Below are positions 1 to 13,221 of a DNA stretch of 64,000 bases, one piece after another. A program made the position numbers and the translations under genes. A model generated the notes under the pieces. The model did no database searches and was not told the DNA's origin. It saw nothing but the letters and a program-made list of their open reading frames with translations. Each line of letters starts with the position of its first letter. Positions within the stretch are counted from its first letter, which is position 1. The stretch comes from Felis catus (lineage: Eukaryota): NCBI RefSeq assembly GCF_018350175.1, contig NC_058368.1, forward strand, positions 147,500,001 to 147,564,000. Direction: 5' to 3'.

Positions 1-974
1 TTATTGAGAGTTTATCTTTGCTCTTAGTTTCACATGCAGGGTAACATCATGTCAACTATTTGTAACATTATGGACTGTAAATGGATGAGGAGGAAGTTTT
101 TATTGGGTAAAATCTACTCAACAATTTATGTCAAATGTAAAGACAGTCTAGTAGATTGTTCTTTTTCTATTTTCATCAATGAACTTAATAGAGAATGAAA
201 TCAGAGTCAGAAACTGTCAAGTACAGAGATGAGAAAGTTTACTACAGGGAGAAATCAACTACAAAAGTTTAGTCTTGTGTTATGATGTGCACAAGCAGAT
301 AAGAGTTTAAAGACTATAAAATATCTTTAAGGCCCGAGTTATAGACCCAAACTTGAATTCAAGAATCTGGATAATTTTTGTGATTTGTGAACTCCCATTT
401 GTGCTTCTTAAACCTGGGGGAAAAAAAGTCTACATAGAAGTAAGAAGAAATCACAAAAAGGAAGCTGACCCCTTAGTAACAAAGTGCTTGCTTTAAATGG
501 AACTTAGTATGCTTTTATGTTTGTCTACTGCCACAAAGTTTCCTGTCTATAGTGTAGAAATATAAATGAAATAATGTAGCTCTTGGAGAAGGGAGTGCTT
601 CCTTCAACGTCAATTACAAAAATTCAACATAGTCACTGAGTTTGAATATGTTGGAATTCTAGTAAGATGCAGTGTTTTGATTATTTTTTGATTAATTGAA
701 ATTCATCTTCTATGTTTTTGGAAAACTTTTACACCATGATTAAAAACTACCCCAGTTCGATGGACAAAGCATAATTACATTTGGTGTTAGTGGATGTTAT
801 AAGAATAACTATGATTAATTATCCTGAATATTCAAACATGTTTATATTCCATAAATGTTGGCAAAGAACTACCATATGTTGGCACTGTTCCAGGTATTAA
901 AAAGATCAAACAAAAAATAAAATAGTAGATATTGAAGAACAGTACCAGTTGTTGAGGACATCAGAGATTACAAT

Positions 975-1340
975 GAATTCATTCAACAATTATTTATGTA
1001 CTGCTATAGGCTCATCATTGTTCTGGGTGCTGAGCATACAGTAAGAAAGAGCATGAACAAGAGAAACCGACAAACAACTGCCTTCATTAAACTTATTGCT
1101 AAGGTAATAATCAGAGGGCACTGCATGTAAAGAAGTTAATTTGGTGGAAAGAGGATATAAATGGTCTTTGCTAACCACTTCTATTTTCTCAGTGTAATAG
1201 GAATGAAGATGATCAGTTGAGAGTATGAAAGAAGACTATTGATAGTTTGAGGACAGAAAGGAAGGTGTGAAGTATTCGTTTAGGAAAGGAAAACAGGATT
1301 TACTGGAAGCACTAAAGACCTGTAAGAAGTTTGTGACCAG
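975..1340 (-). mobile_element. L2 LINE 3' relic
   Basis: 'attcattcaacaattatttat...ctgggtgctgagcatacag' resembles the reverse complement of the L2 3' terminus; heavily diverged. Confidence 0.5.
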
Positions 1341-1368
1341 AAACTGACTTTGAGCATGGCTTGCATGT

Positions 1369-1595
1369 TTTTGTTTTTCAATTTTTTAAATGTTTATTTA
1401 TTTCTGAGAAACAGAGAGAGAGACAAAGAGAGAGAAGAGAAGGGGCAGAGAAAAAGTGAGACACAGAATTTGAAGCAGGCTCCAGGCTCTGAGCTGTCAG
1501 CACAGAGCCTGATGTGGGGCTTGAACTCATGAAACATGAGATCATGACCTGAGCCAAGGTTGGACACCTAACCATCTGAGCCACCCAGGCACCTC
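1369..1595 (-). mobile_element. CanSINE (SINEC)
   Basis: T-rich tail, (GA)n tract and reverse-complement head ending 'gagccacccaggcacctc'; TSD core 'gcttgcatgt' on both sides. Confidence 0.95.
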
Positions 1596-3578
1596 ATGCT
1601 TGCATGTATTTTTCCAAATAGATGTAGAATGCCAAGTTAGATTAAACCAGAATTGAAACTTTCCTCAGCAAATATAAGGCACAGGAGTAATAATAATGAT
1701 TGGTGTGGAATCTGAGTCAGAAAAGGAAAAGGCTGAGGAAAATGTAGAATTAAGAAGAGTGAAAAAATGGCAGAATCAATGAATTCCAGGTTTCATAAAG
1801 AGTGAGCTACAACCAAAAGGTTGTAAATGGAGGGTTGGATGCTTAAAATTGAGAGTACAGAGGGGGTACAATTATTAGTAAAAAGTTCTAGAGCCTGATC
1901 ATAAGAATGAGTTGAATGAAGAAAAGAGAAGAACAAGACATTGGAAATGAGGAAGTCCAAGCAACCAAAACCAGGATTTTGCAAATATCAGATACAGAAG
2001 CACTGAAATAATCAGAAAGCACTTGCACTGATCCTAGGCCATACTTTGCAGGAACTAATATAATATAAACCTCTAACAGTCACATGATTTTACTCATTAT
2101 TCTTTATCCTAAAAATTAAATCACATAAAACCATTCAAACATACTAGGTATCCAAATATATTACTACACAAATGTACATATGTGTTTGTGTCCCAAATAA
2201 TACAAGGTAGTCTTTTTCTTGAGCCACGTCTAATATTAGCATGGGTATGTAAGCAAAGGAAAAATAACTCTGGCTTCTAAAACCTTGAAAACTTCATTAC
2301 TCTTCAATCTAGATTTGCCTGAAGAATATTATATAGAAGGAAGCATAGCACACAACCCTCACCAAAACTTTGTAAAACTTCTCTTAATCACTTTTTTGTC
2401 CATTCAATTTCTTTAAAAAACTGGTTTCCCCATCTATGCTAATGTACTTCTCTTTTTATTGCCTAATGCCCTTTGCTGTCTGGTCACCCTGATGAAACTG
2501 TAAGGCAATCTGGGACTTCTGGCACCTTGCCATTTCTATCTTCTCTCATTATGAAGCACAGGTCATATGATTTCCTTAACAGGTATGAGAAAGAAAAAGT
2601 TAAAAGTATTTATACTTTCATATATTTAGTCCCTATGAGATACATTTATGCTTATATAATAGGAATAAATATTTATTTGTATATGTCAAATATTAAGACA
2701 CAGTTTACTCAATGACATGAGATGCAGTGGTTTACCTTAACTGTTGAGAATCAGAACTGTGGGAAATAAAAGTTTTATTAAATGATAGATCTTCACTGGT
2801 TGCATAGTCAGGTAAGTTTGAGAACATGACTGTAAATAAATGAATGAGGAATTGAGTTTGACATTTTCATGATGAAATATGAAGCACATTTTCAATAATT
2901 TCCGTGATCCCCTAAATATCATTCAGAAATGCTAGCTGACCTAAATTTCCATTTGGCTAATGACTTTCTTTGCAAAGCATATGACAAACTGTCACTGCCA
3001 TAACGCTAGTAATACATCAATAAATTCCACCTTTTCTGAGTTTTTGTATATTTATACCAAAAGCAATGGAAAAATCCCCAGTAGAATAGAAATTGACATA
3101 ATCTCTTATAGAACCAAGAGAGAATATTAATGTTTAAAACATTCATGTATTTGAATATAATGCAAAATGCAGGACTGGATATGTCTGTTAAATAAAGAAC
3201 ATTTAACTATATCCTAAGGTAAGCATTCTCATTTCTCATTTTTGGGTATAAAAAAATAACCTGGAGAAGTCTATAACAATATTTTTGGAAAAAGTACTTG
3301 CGAAGTCTAGAGGATTTCAATAAGCAAAACTTTATTTTCTTTTTTCTAAATAAGATTAAATCCCTAATAAATAATATGAATACACTTCTATCTTATCTGC
3401 TTAGGTTTCTCAATGGGAGTAATTAATAGGAAATAGGTAGAGAGAAGAAAAAACATTTTGATGTACATATTTCAATTATTAACTACAACGCTATAAACTG
3501 AAATTCTTATTAATTTATATACTTGAATAACTATTAGCTCATGATTAGGCGTTCTGACCACTGAATGACATGGGATCA

Positions 3579-3781
3579 TTTTTTTTAAGTTTATTTATTT
3601 CATGGGAGAGAAAAAAACAAGAGTCGGGGAGGGGCAGAGAGGGTGAGAGAGAACCCCAAGTAGGCTCTGCACTGTCAACACAGAGCCCCACACAGGGCTT
3701 GAAATTAAGAACCATGACATCATGACCTGAGCTGAAATCAAGAGCCTGACCCTTAACTGACTGAGCCACCCAGGGGCCCCC
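3579..3781 (-). mobile_element. CanSINE (SINEC)
   Basis: 'tttttttaagtttatttattt...ttaactgactgagccacccaggggcccc'. Confidence 0.95.
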
Positions 3782-3803
3782 ATGAGGTTACTTTAAATTG
3801 ATA

Positions 3804-3887
3804 TTTTATAAATAGTTTGGTATTTGCATGGAAAATCTTTTATAAATAGTTTGGCATTTGCATGGAAAATAGTTTGGCATTTGCATG
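3804..3887. repeat. Short tandem triplication containing ATTTGCAT
   Basis: 'aaatagtttgg(t/c)atttgcatg' at ~3810, ~3844 and ~3867. Confidence 0.9.
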
Positions 3888-4468
3888 TGAAGGTCTGTTG
3901 CTGTAGGCAGAGATTATGTGATTATAAGAAAATGAAGCAAGGCAAGGGAGCTCAAACAAAAAAGATACTGGGCAGATGCGTACCACGTTACCCAGAAAAG
4001 TGAAAGGAAGCAGAGTCTCCCTAGGGCCTACAGTTAAGCATTCATCACCATTCATTCACATCCTCTTTCTCTCTCTTTTATACACACCTCTGCAACCCTG
4101 TTGATGCTAAACAGGCTCTCATCTCTGCCTACCATCTTGCTTCTTTTATTCTCTTTCTAGACTAACCGCTTTACCTTTACTCACAAATGGCCCATATATG
4201 GCTGTCCTAGTGGAGGCTTTTATGTAGCCTCTAGTTCAAGGGCCAAAGTCAAACTAGATATCTTGAGTTGCAAATTTACTACCTTGTATCAGTTGATCAG
4301 TTGAGTGGCCCAGAACCAATGAACTGTGATGTAGAAAGCAGTATTGAGACAAGGCACAATGTGGGGAAGTAACTCTGGGAGCACATTCTCTGAGAATGGC
4401 CCAAGGACAGTGATGGTTAAAATTCCCACCTATTTGCTATTATAAAAAGGACTAGAAAGTTCCTTATC

Positions 4469-4737
4469 CCATGTACCCTTCCACAGTTGCTCCCAGAACT
4501 CCCAAGAATTTCTATTCAGAAATCAGTTCATTTTTGGGGAAAGCACATTCTCTGAGAAATTGAAAAACCTTAGGGGAGGGACACTTGGGTGGCTCAGTGA
4601 AGCCATGTACCCTTCCACAGTTGCTCCCAGAACTCCCAAGAATTTCTATTCAGAAATCAGTTCATTTTTGGGGAAAGCACATTCTCTGAGAAATTGAAAA
4701 ACCTTAGGGGAGGGACACTTGGGTGGCTCAGTGAAGC
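4469..4737. repeat. 134-bp direct tandem duplication
   Basis: 'ccatgtacccttccacag...gggtggctcagtgaag' starts at 4469 and again at 4603; no mismatch found by eye. Confidence 0.95.
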
Positions 4738-4808
4738 ATCCAACTGTTGATTTCAGCTCAGGTCATGATCTCATGGTCAGTGGGATCAAGCCTTGCTGAC
4801 AGTGCAGA
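4712..4808 (+). mobile_element. 3'-truncated CanSINE head
   Basis: 'gggacacttgggtggctcag...gatttcagctcaggtcatgatctcatgg...tgctgacagtgcaga'; no CT tract or A tail. Confidence 0.8.
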
Positions 4809-5137
4809 TTACACTGATAAGACATAACTAAAAAATACGTGTTTATTTGAATGAACTCAGTCATCTGCTTATAGTAAGTTTTAACTGCAAGGAACTTCAG
4901 ATATCATCTAATCTCATTCTTTAGTTAGGGGAATAGGGAGAGTAAATTACAGAGGTTTAAGGCATGCCCAAGTCAATGTGACTGATTTTTCAAAGTCAAG
5001 GCTAGAGTCCAGTATTATTAACTTGAAGTCTAGTACTATTTCAACCGTATTGAAGTGTTTCTTTCTTTTTTTTTTTTTTTTTTACAATTCAGTTTGACCA
5101 GTGTACCAAGGAAATTGAAATTCTGTTGTATTGGAAG

Positions 5138-5597
5138 TGTATCAGTTTTCTTTTGCTAATGTTGAGACTTAAAACACAAATTTATTATTTTGCAGCTCTG
5201 CGAGGTCAGAAGTCTGTGTTCCTTTCTGGGGGCTCTAGGAGTGAATCCATTTCCTTGCCTTTTCCAGCTTCTAAAGTCTGCCCACAAACTGTCTAAAGTC
5301 TCCTTCCATCTTCAAAGCTGGGGGTGGTGAGTTGAGTCCTTTAACATCAAAACACTCTATTCTCTGCTTCAATCCTCACATCTTCTCATCCTTTTCATTT
5401 TTAATGACTTATGATAACATTAGGTCCACCCAGCTGATCCAGGAAAATCTATTTCAAGATCAGCTGATGAGTAACCTTAATTTAATCTGTAACATTAATT
5501 CCCCTTTGCTATACAACCAAACATATTCACAGATTTTGGGAATTAGGACATGAAAATATTTGAAGGGGATCTGGAGGGAAGCAATTATTCTGCCGCA
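5138..5597 (-). mobile_element. MaLR solo LTR (MLT1C/D-like)
   Basis: 'gaatccatttccttgccttttccagcttct', 'acatattcacag...attaggacatg' and terminal 'attattctgcc' match the reverse complement of MLT1 consensus motifs. Confidence 0.75.
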
Positions 5598-6734
5598 AAG
5601 GAGGTAATTCTTAAGGAGGTCAATTAAGAAGGGACAATTATCAGGGAATGGATGGGTTGTGTGAAAGACAAGTTTCCTTTGGTCTCTGCCACATTTGCCA
5701 TTCTGGCTCCTCCTCCCGACTTCTGAATTTTCTTTCTTACATTAACTAGGCTCCCATTCTTCTGCTGTACCTCCTAAATATAGGCATTTCTCAAGACTCA
5801 ATTCCAGGCCATCTATTAAACTACTTTTTTCATAAAATTTGCCTGCTTTCAGTAGGTCATCTTATACCTTATCCAGTCAGTCATCTTACTTAAATTATTC
5901 CTCATTACTAACAATTTCTTTTTTCATCCCACTGAATCTAATTCTTTCTAGTCATTTGTGGGAAAAATTAATATCTCTATTTGCACATGTAGGGGGAAAA
6001 AAACAGAAATTGCTTTGGTGACTTCATATAACCCAAATCAAGAAGACAGTGATGTGGCTGAGAATAGAGTTTAGATCAAGTTTAAATTCATGTTTCCTGC
6101 AAAGCAGAGCCCAAAAACAAGAAAGAAATCCCACATGAATTAAACATTCTTCTTTGAATCAAAATAAGTTTTTCTTTTCAATATCAACACTTTCACCACA
6201 GGACATTCTGTGAACTGAAAAGAAAGACTGTGTGCTGAAGCTGTGTCATGCTAACACTTCAGCAGGTCTATTAACTTCTTGTTGGAAAGCTATTTAACTT
6301 GAATAAAACCTCAACAGTTACAATGGTAGGAAGATTTTATGTAACCTTCATTTTTTCTATTAGTGAAAGCTCTCCTACTTTTAAGATCTGAAAAGGCAAG
6401 ACTTTGCCATTAAAAAAAAAAGTGCAGTCATCTGAAAGACATATTCACAAGCAGTTCACAAATACGGCATTGACTTTTACATGTTACTAAGGCATAGAAG
6501 AGGTGTAGTGATGAGATGAGAAATTGACAGAACTTCTAAGTTGAAAATAATACTGATTTGAAATGAATGTATGATTAAAATTAAAATACATACTTTTTTT
6601 ACATGTTAAAACTTATACTGGAAAGAATTTAAATTTCAATCAAGAATATAAGATTAAAAGAAAATGGCCAATATTTTAGCTATAATTCAATGAATATAAT
6701 TTTCTTGCACATAGGGACAATTAAAGTTGCAAAA

Positions 6735-7206
6735 CTTTTACATTATTAAAACATAACTGAAATATTGTATTAGTTTCAGGTGTACAGCATAGTCATTCAA
6801 TATTTAAATATATTACAAAATGGTCACCACAATAAGTCTAGTTACCATCTGTCACCATACAGACTTATTACAATAGTGACTATATTCCCTAGGCTGTATC
6901 TTAATTTATAAGACACAAGAGTGTAATTTGTAACTGGGAGATTGTATCTCTTAATCCACTTAATCTATTGTATTCATCCCCTCCCCACTCTCCTCTGGCA
7001 ACCATCAATTTGGTCTTTGTTATCCAGGAATCTGTTTCTGTTTTGTTTTTTCATATTTTTTAAATTCTACATGGTAAGTAAAATCATGCAGTGTTTGTGT
7101 TTCTCTGTCTGATGAATTTCACATAACATAATACCCTCTAGGTCTACCCATGTTTTTGCATATGTCAAGATTTCATTCTTTTTTATGGCTGAATAATATT
7201 CTTTCA

Positions 7207-7282
<76 letters not shown>

Positions 7283-8750
7283 ACACTTTCTTTATTCATC
7301 CATTTATTGATGAGCACTTAGATTGATTACTTTGTCTATTATTAATGATACTGAAGTGAATATGGGGCACGTGTCTTTTCAAATTAGTGTTTTCATTTTC
7401 TTTGGACAAATACATAGAAATGGAAATGCTGGATTGGATAGTTCTGTTTCTGCTATCTTTAAGAAGCTCCATACTGTTTTCCACAGTGGCTGCACCAGTT
7501 TACATCTCTACCAACAGTGTACAAGGTTTCCTTTTCCCTACCAACATCCTTGCCAACACTTGTTATTTCTTGTCTTTTTGTTACTAGCCATTCTGACAAG
7601 AGTGAGCTGATAACTAATTGTGGTTATGATTTGCATTTCCCTGATGGTTAGTGATGTTGAGCATCTTTTCATGTGTCTGTTGGCCTTCTCTATGTCTTAT
7701 TTACAATATATCTATTCAGGTTCTTGACTCATTTTTTAATAGGATATTTTTAATTGGATTGCTTTTTTGATAGAGGGTTTTATTAGTTTTTATGTATTTT
7801 AGATGTTAACCTCTTATCAGATATATCATTTGCAAATACCTTCTCCCATTGAATGGGTGGAATTTTGTTGATTGTTTCCTTTGTTGTGTAGAACTTTCTG
7901 CTTGATGTAGTCCCATTTGTTTATTTTTGCTTTTGCTGTACTTGTCTTAGGAGACAGATTCAAAAAGATATTGTTAAGAATGGTGTCAAAGAGCTTACTG
8001 CCTATATTTTCTTCTACAAGTTTTATGGTTGCAGGTCCTATTTTTAAGTCTTAAAACCATTTGTATTTATTTTGTGTATGGTGTATTTTATATATGATGT
8101 AAAAGTGGTCCAGTTTTCCTCACACCATTTACTGAAGAGAGTGTCATTTCCCCATTGTATACTCTTGACTCCTTTTGTTATAGACTAAATGGCCATATAA
8201 GTGCGGGTTTATTTTCTGGGCTGTGTATTCTGTTCCACTGATCTATGTGTCTGTTTCTGTGTCAGTACCATACTGTTTTGATTACTGGAGCTTTGTAGTG
8301 TACTTTGAAATCTCAGAGCATGATACTTCCAGCTCTGTTCTTCCTTCTCAAGATTTCTTTGACTATTTGAGGCCTTTTGTGGTTCCATGCACATTTTAGA
8401 ATTATTTGTTCTAGTTCTATGAAAAACGCTGTTGATATTTCGGTAGGGATTGCATTGAATCTGTAGATTGCTTAGGGTAGTATAAACATTTAACAATATT
8501 TACTTACTCTTCCAATCCATGAGCACACTGTATCTTTCCATTATTTGTGTTGCCTTCAATTTCCTTTATCAATGTCATAGTTTTCAGAGTATAAGTCTTT
8601 TACATTCTTGGTTAAATTTATTCCTAGGTGTTTTATTCTTTCTGATGTCAGTGAAAATGGGACTATTTCTTAATTTCTCTTTCTGATAGTTAATTATTGG
8701 TGTACATAAACACAATAGATGTCTGTATATTAATTCTGTATTCTAAAATT
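6735..8750 (-). mobile_element. 5'-truncated LINE-1 (ORF2 C-terminal part + 3' UTR), degenerate
   Basis: 3' UTR motif 'tattagtttcaggtgtacagcata'; minus-strand translation 'EYYSAIKKNEILTYAKTWVDLEGIML' is the ORF2p C-terminus; frameshifts and stops. Confidence 0.92.
7213..7281. repeat. Compound (TA)n(CA)n microsatellite inside L1
   Basis: Direct reading. Confidence 0.97.
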
Positions 8751-9229
8751 TCAGTACTTATTAAACTTATTTTATATGAGTTATGATAAGTCCTAGGCTC
8801 CACTTGGCATTTCAGCAGTTAGCTCATGTCTGGTTGAGTTATTAAGATTAAGTTATTTATATTTTATGTTAACATGGATAAACATTTTGAATTTGATAAA
8901 CTCATTTGAAATCTATAGCTCATAACAATGTATTAAGTGTCTTTATTCTAGTCACTGCAGTAAGTTCCAGAGAGCTAAAAAAGATAAGATACTGTGGAAT
9001 ATAAAACACATCCACAAAAAATTATTAAATAATGAAAAACTTAGTAATAGACATATATAATTTGAATCTTCAAACAAACAAAAAACCTTGTAGGGGTTAT
9101 CCTGTAAGGTGAAGAGGAGGGTAAGAACATTCCCATCATAGGGAACTTCATTTGAAGACCCATGAAGATAGAAAATAACATAAAATAATTGGGGAACTAC
9201 ATAGTTCAGCATAGTTAGATCATAAAGTT

Positions 9230-9730
9230 CAAGCAGAGAAGCATGAAGATATGTTTGGAGAGATAGGAAGGGTCTATGGCAAGGTAAGTTAGTTGTGGCA
9301 TATAGGGAATTTTGATATAAACTAAGGAGCTATTGAAAAGTTTTAGGAGACAGTTTCTGCTTTAACTAGGGCACCCTGGCAATAGTGTGGAGAAAAGGTA
9401 TGAGACCACAAGATTAAAAGCAGGGAAAGCAAGTAGTTAAGGGACTGCTGAAATAGTGCACAGGAGGGATGTTTTGAACCTCAACAGGGACAGTGGTACT
9501 AGTGATAAAGAGGTGGGAAAAGATTAAAAAAAAAAGGAGATAAAACTGCCAGACCAAGGGAAACTGCCAATGGGCAGACTATCTGTGGGGCAGAGAGAGA
9601 CAGAGCAATCAGGAATAATTATTTTTGGGCTCTTCATTTGAATGACTGGATAGATGGCTTGGCATCAACTTGACTGAAGAAATATGAGTTAGAAAGAGTA
9701 GGAACAAGACTTGAGGGATAGGGGGAGAGA
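9230..9730 (-). mobile_element. Probable L2 relic
   Basis: Purine-rich stretch with L2-like words ('gagctattgaaaagttttag', 'ctggcaatagtgtggagaa', 'gggactgctgaaatagtgcac'); diverged. Confidence 0.4.
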
Positions 9731-10385
9731 GGAGGGAATTTTACTGATCATTGCACTTGCAGGCAAATTGGCCCCTTCTACATTGTGGATGTGAAATGAA
9801 AACACAGTGACATCAGAAGGTGTACACTATCTGAGGAGTTTTAATATACAATGGGTATTCTCAGCTACACTAGCATATTTATTATTCTCATTTTTCACTT
9901 TGTGATACTGTAGCATTTTATTAGAATTTCTTCTATTTTTCAAATATTCTTCATATATTAAATTGGGTTAAGCTTGCCCATTCATAGAGAAAGGCAGTAA
10001 TGGATTAGACTGATTTTTTTAAGCATTCTATAATTCCATCCCAGGGTTTACATTTAATTTTAAAAGTTTAAGAAAGTTTATTAAGCATCCCTAGATTTAT
10101 TAATGAGTTAAGGATTTATCAGCCTTAATTTATTTCATGGAATTATAGCTAAAATAAATAGTTAGCTCAAGCTATCATCTGGTTCATGTTTACTCTGAGA
10201 TTAATGTTTATGCTTCTTAGATTTGGCTATTACCTCATCACTAAAATGCAGTTAGTAAAACTCAAACCAAATAAAACCAAACAAAAAATCATTTAACCCA
10301 AACTGCTACCCCATAAGGTAATAACCCCTATTCATTTCCAAGCAGCCATAAATTAATGGTATGTTAGACTATAAAAGGATTTCAA

Positions 10386-10590
10386 GGGGTGCTTGGGTGG
10401 CTCAGTTGGTTAAATCACATATCTTGATTTTAGCTCTGGTCATGATCTCACAGTTCTTGAGTTAGAGCCCCACATGGGGCTCTGCACTGACAGTGGGGAG
10501 CCTGCTTGGGATTCTCTCTTTCCTTCTCTCTCTCTGTCCCCACATCACTCACCCTCTCTCTCTAAAAATAAATAAACTTAAAAGAAAAAC
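10386..10590 (+). mobile_element. CanSINE (SINEC)
   Basis: Head 'ggggtgcttgggtggctcag', CT tract and 'aataaataaac' tail; 13-bp TSD 'aaaaggatttcaa' at 10373-10385 and 10591-10603. Confidence 0.96.
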
Positions 10591-11843
10591 AAAAGGATTT
10601 CAAAGCCTGACTATATAGACATAAGAAAGACCTTTGTTCTAATAATTGATCCTGGAGCCACATATACTGTTGTGCATTTTCCCTTTGCTTTATTAATATA
10701 AGATTTAAAAGGCTAGACATATTAGATCACATAATTATAGAAAGATCTGATGACACAAAATTTCCAGCAACACTAAAATAAAGAGATGTAGATTTCTCAC
10801 ATTTCTGTGCCTCTAAACACTAAAAATTTCTTCACTTACATTTATCATAGTATATTCTGTAGAATTACACTTGCAGTACAAATGTTAGGAAGTCATTTAT
10901 ACCATGATTTGCTCTGTATAGGAGTCCAATAACTTACTTTGTTGTGATATAGTTTCTTTTAACTAAAAGGAATGATCTACAGGGGTGACACAAAGGTGGC
11001 ATTTAAACTTCCAGGATATGAATTTTAATCATTTCTAAATTTTTATGGCTATAATGTACTAGATGATACCCAAGTGACTTAGAAGAGTTGATATGCTTTC
11101 CTAAACACCTAAAAGAGTACTACATTTTGGCCTAGGGAAAATCCAACATTTTATGTTTAATCAATTACAAGAAAAGGTGCTCTATGTATCTGTTGTTTAC
11201 TTTGCTAAATATTCTTAGAACAATACTTAGATCTCAAAGGAATCAGTGTTATCCAATGGAAATTATGAAACTACTGAAACTAAAAGGATTTAAATGGAGC
11301 AATATGAGACATGGTCCATTTATATAACTGCACCTTGGCAAGAAGGTTCAGTGAAAGTCATGACTGGTTTGTTTAACATCTTGGTATATTCCAGATTAGG
11401 CAGATGGGTCGTGAGTATGAGACTGATATTTGAAATTTGATCTAGACATAGCTGTGATCATTTCCAGTTTTCTTTGTAAAGCAAATCCCAAGTATTTTTT
11501 TCTTCTGCCAGACTTTTTTTAAGAACCACTGTCTTGTAATAATTGTCCTCAACTTTATTTTTTTCCAAACTGGTTTTAACATGTAACTCCACAACTGTTT
11601 GAGAGCAATTGAACAAAGACATTTTCCCCAGGGAATGGGAAACAATAATTTTAATTCTACCATAAGTAGAAGTAATGATTCCAAGGTACCAAGTAGCAAG
11701 CCCAGCATCCCTATAAACCCACCACAGGGTGAAATTCATTTGAATGAGTATCTTATGGGAAAATTTGGCAGAATCGCTTTGAAGCATTTTTTACATGAGA
11801 AATAACACACACTTGTTAATTTCCTAGTAACCAAAGGGCCACA

Positions 11844-11925
11844 TTAAAAAGATTTGCTACAGTTGAGGGATTTTTCAAGGTTATGATATCGCCCATCAAC
11901 ATCAAAACATGAGATGCACAAGACT
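11844..11925 (-). other. Candidate exon start (coding part of a possible terminal exon)
   Basis: Strong acceptor on minus strand (long T run + CAG); phase-2 frame reads VLCISCFDVDGRYHNLEKSLNCSKSF*; product not recognised. Confidence 0.25.
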
Positions 11926-13173
11926 CTGAAAAAAAAAAAATAAAACCAGTAACTTTCATTTTTATACTCAGTAGTGGGTCCCTGGGAAGTAACTGGATGT
12001 CCTTGATACTATACTATGGTTAGTTTCTGCTGCTCCAGGCATTTTGCTGAATACTGTTTTTACCTTTATGGACATGCAATCACGAACAGTGCCAGGAAAT
12101 GGTGAAATAAGTACATGTACTTATTATTTTGTTCTGTTTATAGTAAGAATTCAGAAAATGTGGAACTCATGATTAGAATGAATGCTTATTGCTTTTCATG
12201 TGTTTAAATAATTCAAGTTGGTTGTTTTAAAAATTACGGTGGAATAAATTTGGAGTAAAAACTTCTTTCATTTTTGACTAACATTTGATTTCATGTGGAA
12301 CTAAATTGTTGAATTTGAAATATAGTAGGCCATGGAATTCTAGTATATTTTTTCTTCATAGTACTGTATCTCTATTTTAATGAATTTAATGCAATTCAGC
12401 CTTGGAACTCTAATATGTTTAAAGCCAAAAATGTATTATGGTTCATAATCCTTGGGTTTCACAGATGGATCTACAGTAAGTGATTTAGTACATACAAATA
12501 TGCAATGAAAGGACAAGCTCGTTGTGATGGAAATATACTTTGTTATGATTCATCCCTGGGAGACAGAACAAAATATAAAATATTTCTCATCAAATTGTAT
12601 TTTTATATAGCTGCATTATTAGAAATATTACCATTAGGTTTTTTTTTTTGGCCATATTTATCTCATAGCCATAGCCTGATTTTAACAGAGACACAAATGG
12701 TTTCAGATGGGGTACAAAGTTCACACTTAACATAATGCTGACAACAACCTTTATTTGGCTATTCCAATCTTTCTTGAGCCAGATATCCACAAATTAACAT
12801 GAACATCTTATATTAATTAGGAATATTAATGCCTCAAAGGACAATATCATTTAATTTCCCTCTATATCCTTGCGTCTGTCACATAGTAGGATCTCTATAA
12901 ATGCTTCCAAATGAATGGATGAATTCACATAAAAGTGTCCTGAAAATTTACTATTTATAACCTTAATGTACATTATGTCATTGTCTGTACAAAATGCTTT
13001 GACATATTATGCATTAGCTATAAAACTAGAATTTTTAAAGTTCTTTCATATAATAAATTTGGTCATTTTGGGGGGTCTATAATTTAGATAACATATAATT
13101 TTACAAAACATAATGACATGCTATATTCCTGCCATATGCAGCAAGCCAGAGGTTTTGACAGCTATGCTGTGTT

Positions 13174-13175
<2 letters not shown>

Positions 13176-13218
<43 letters not shown>

Positions 13219-13221
13219 ATA
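13176..13221. repeat. (TA)n microsatellite
   Basis: Direct reading, one interruption. Confidence 0.97.

Noticed and set aside
3804..4737. Direct repeats as a CRISPR-like array
   Set aside because: Only 2-3 adjacent copies, no unique spacers of regular length, no cas genes, mammalian context
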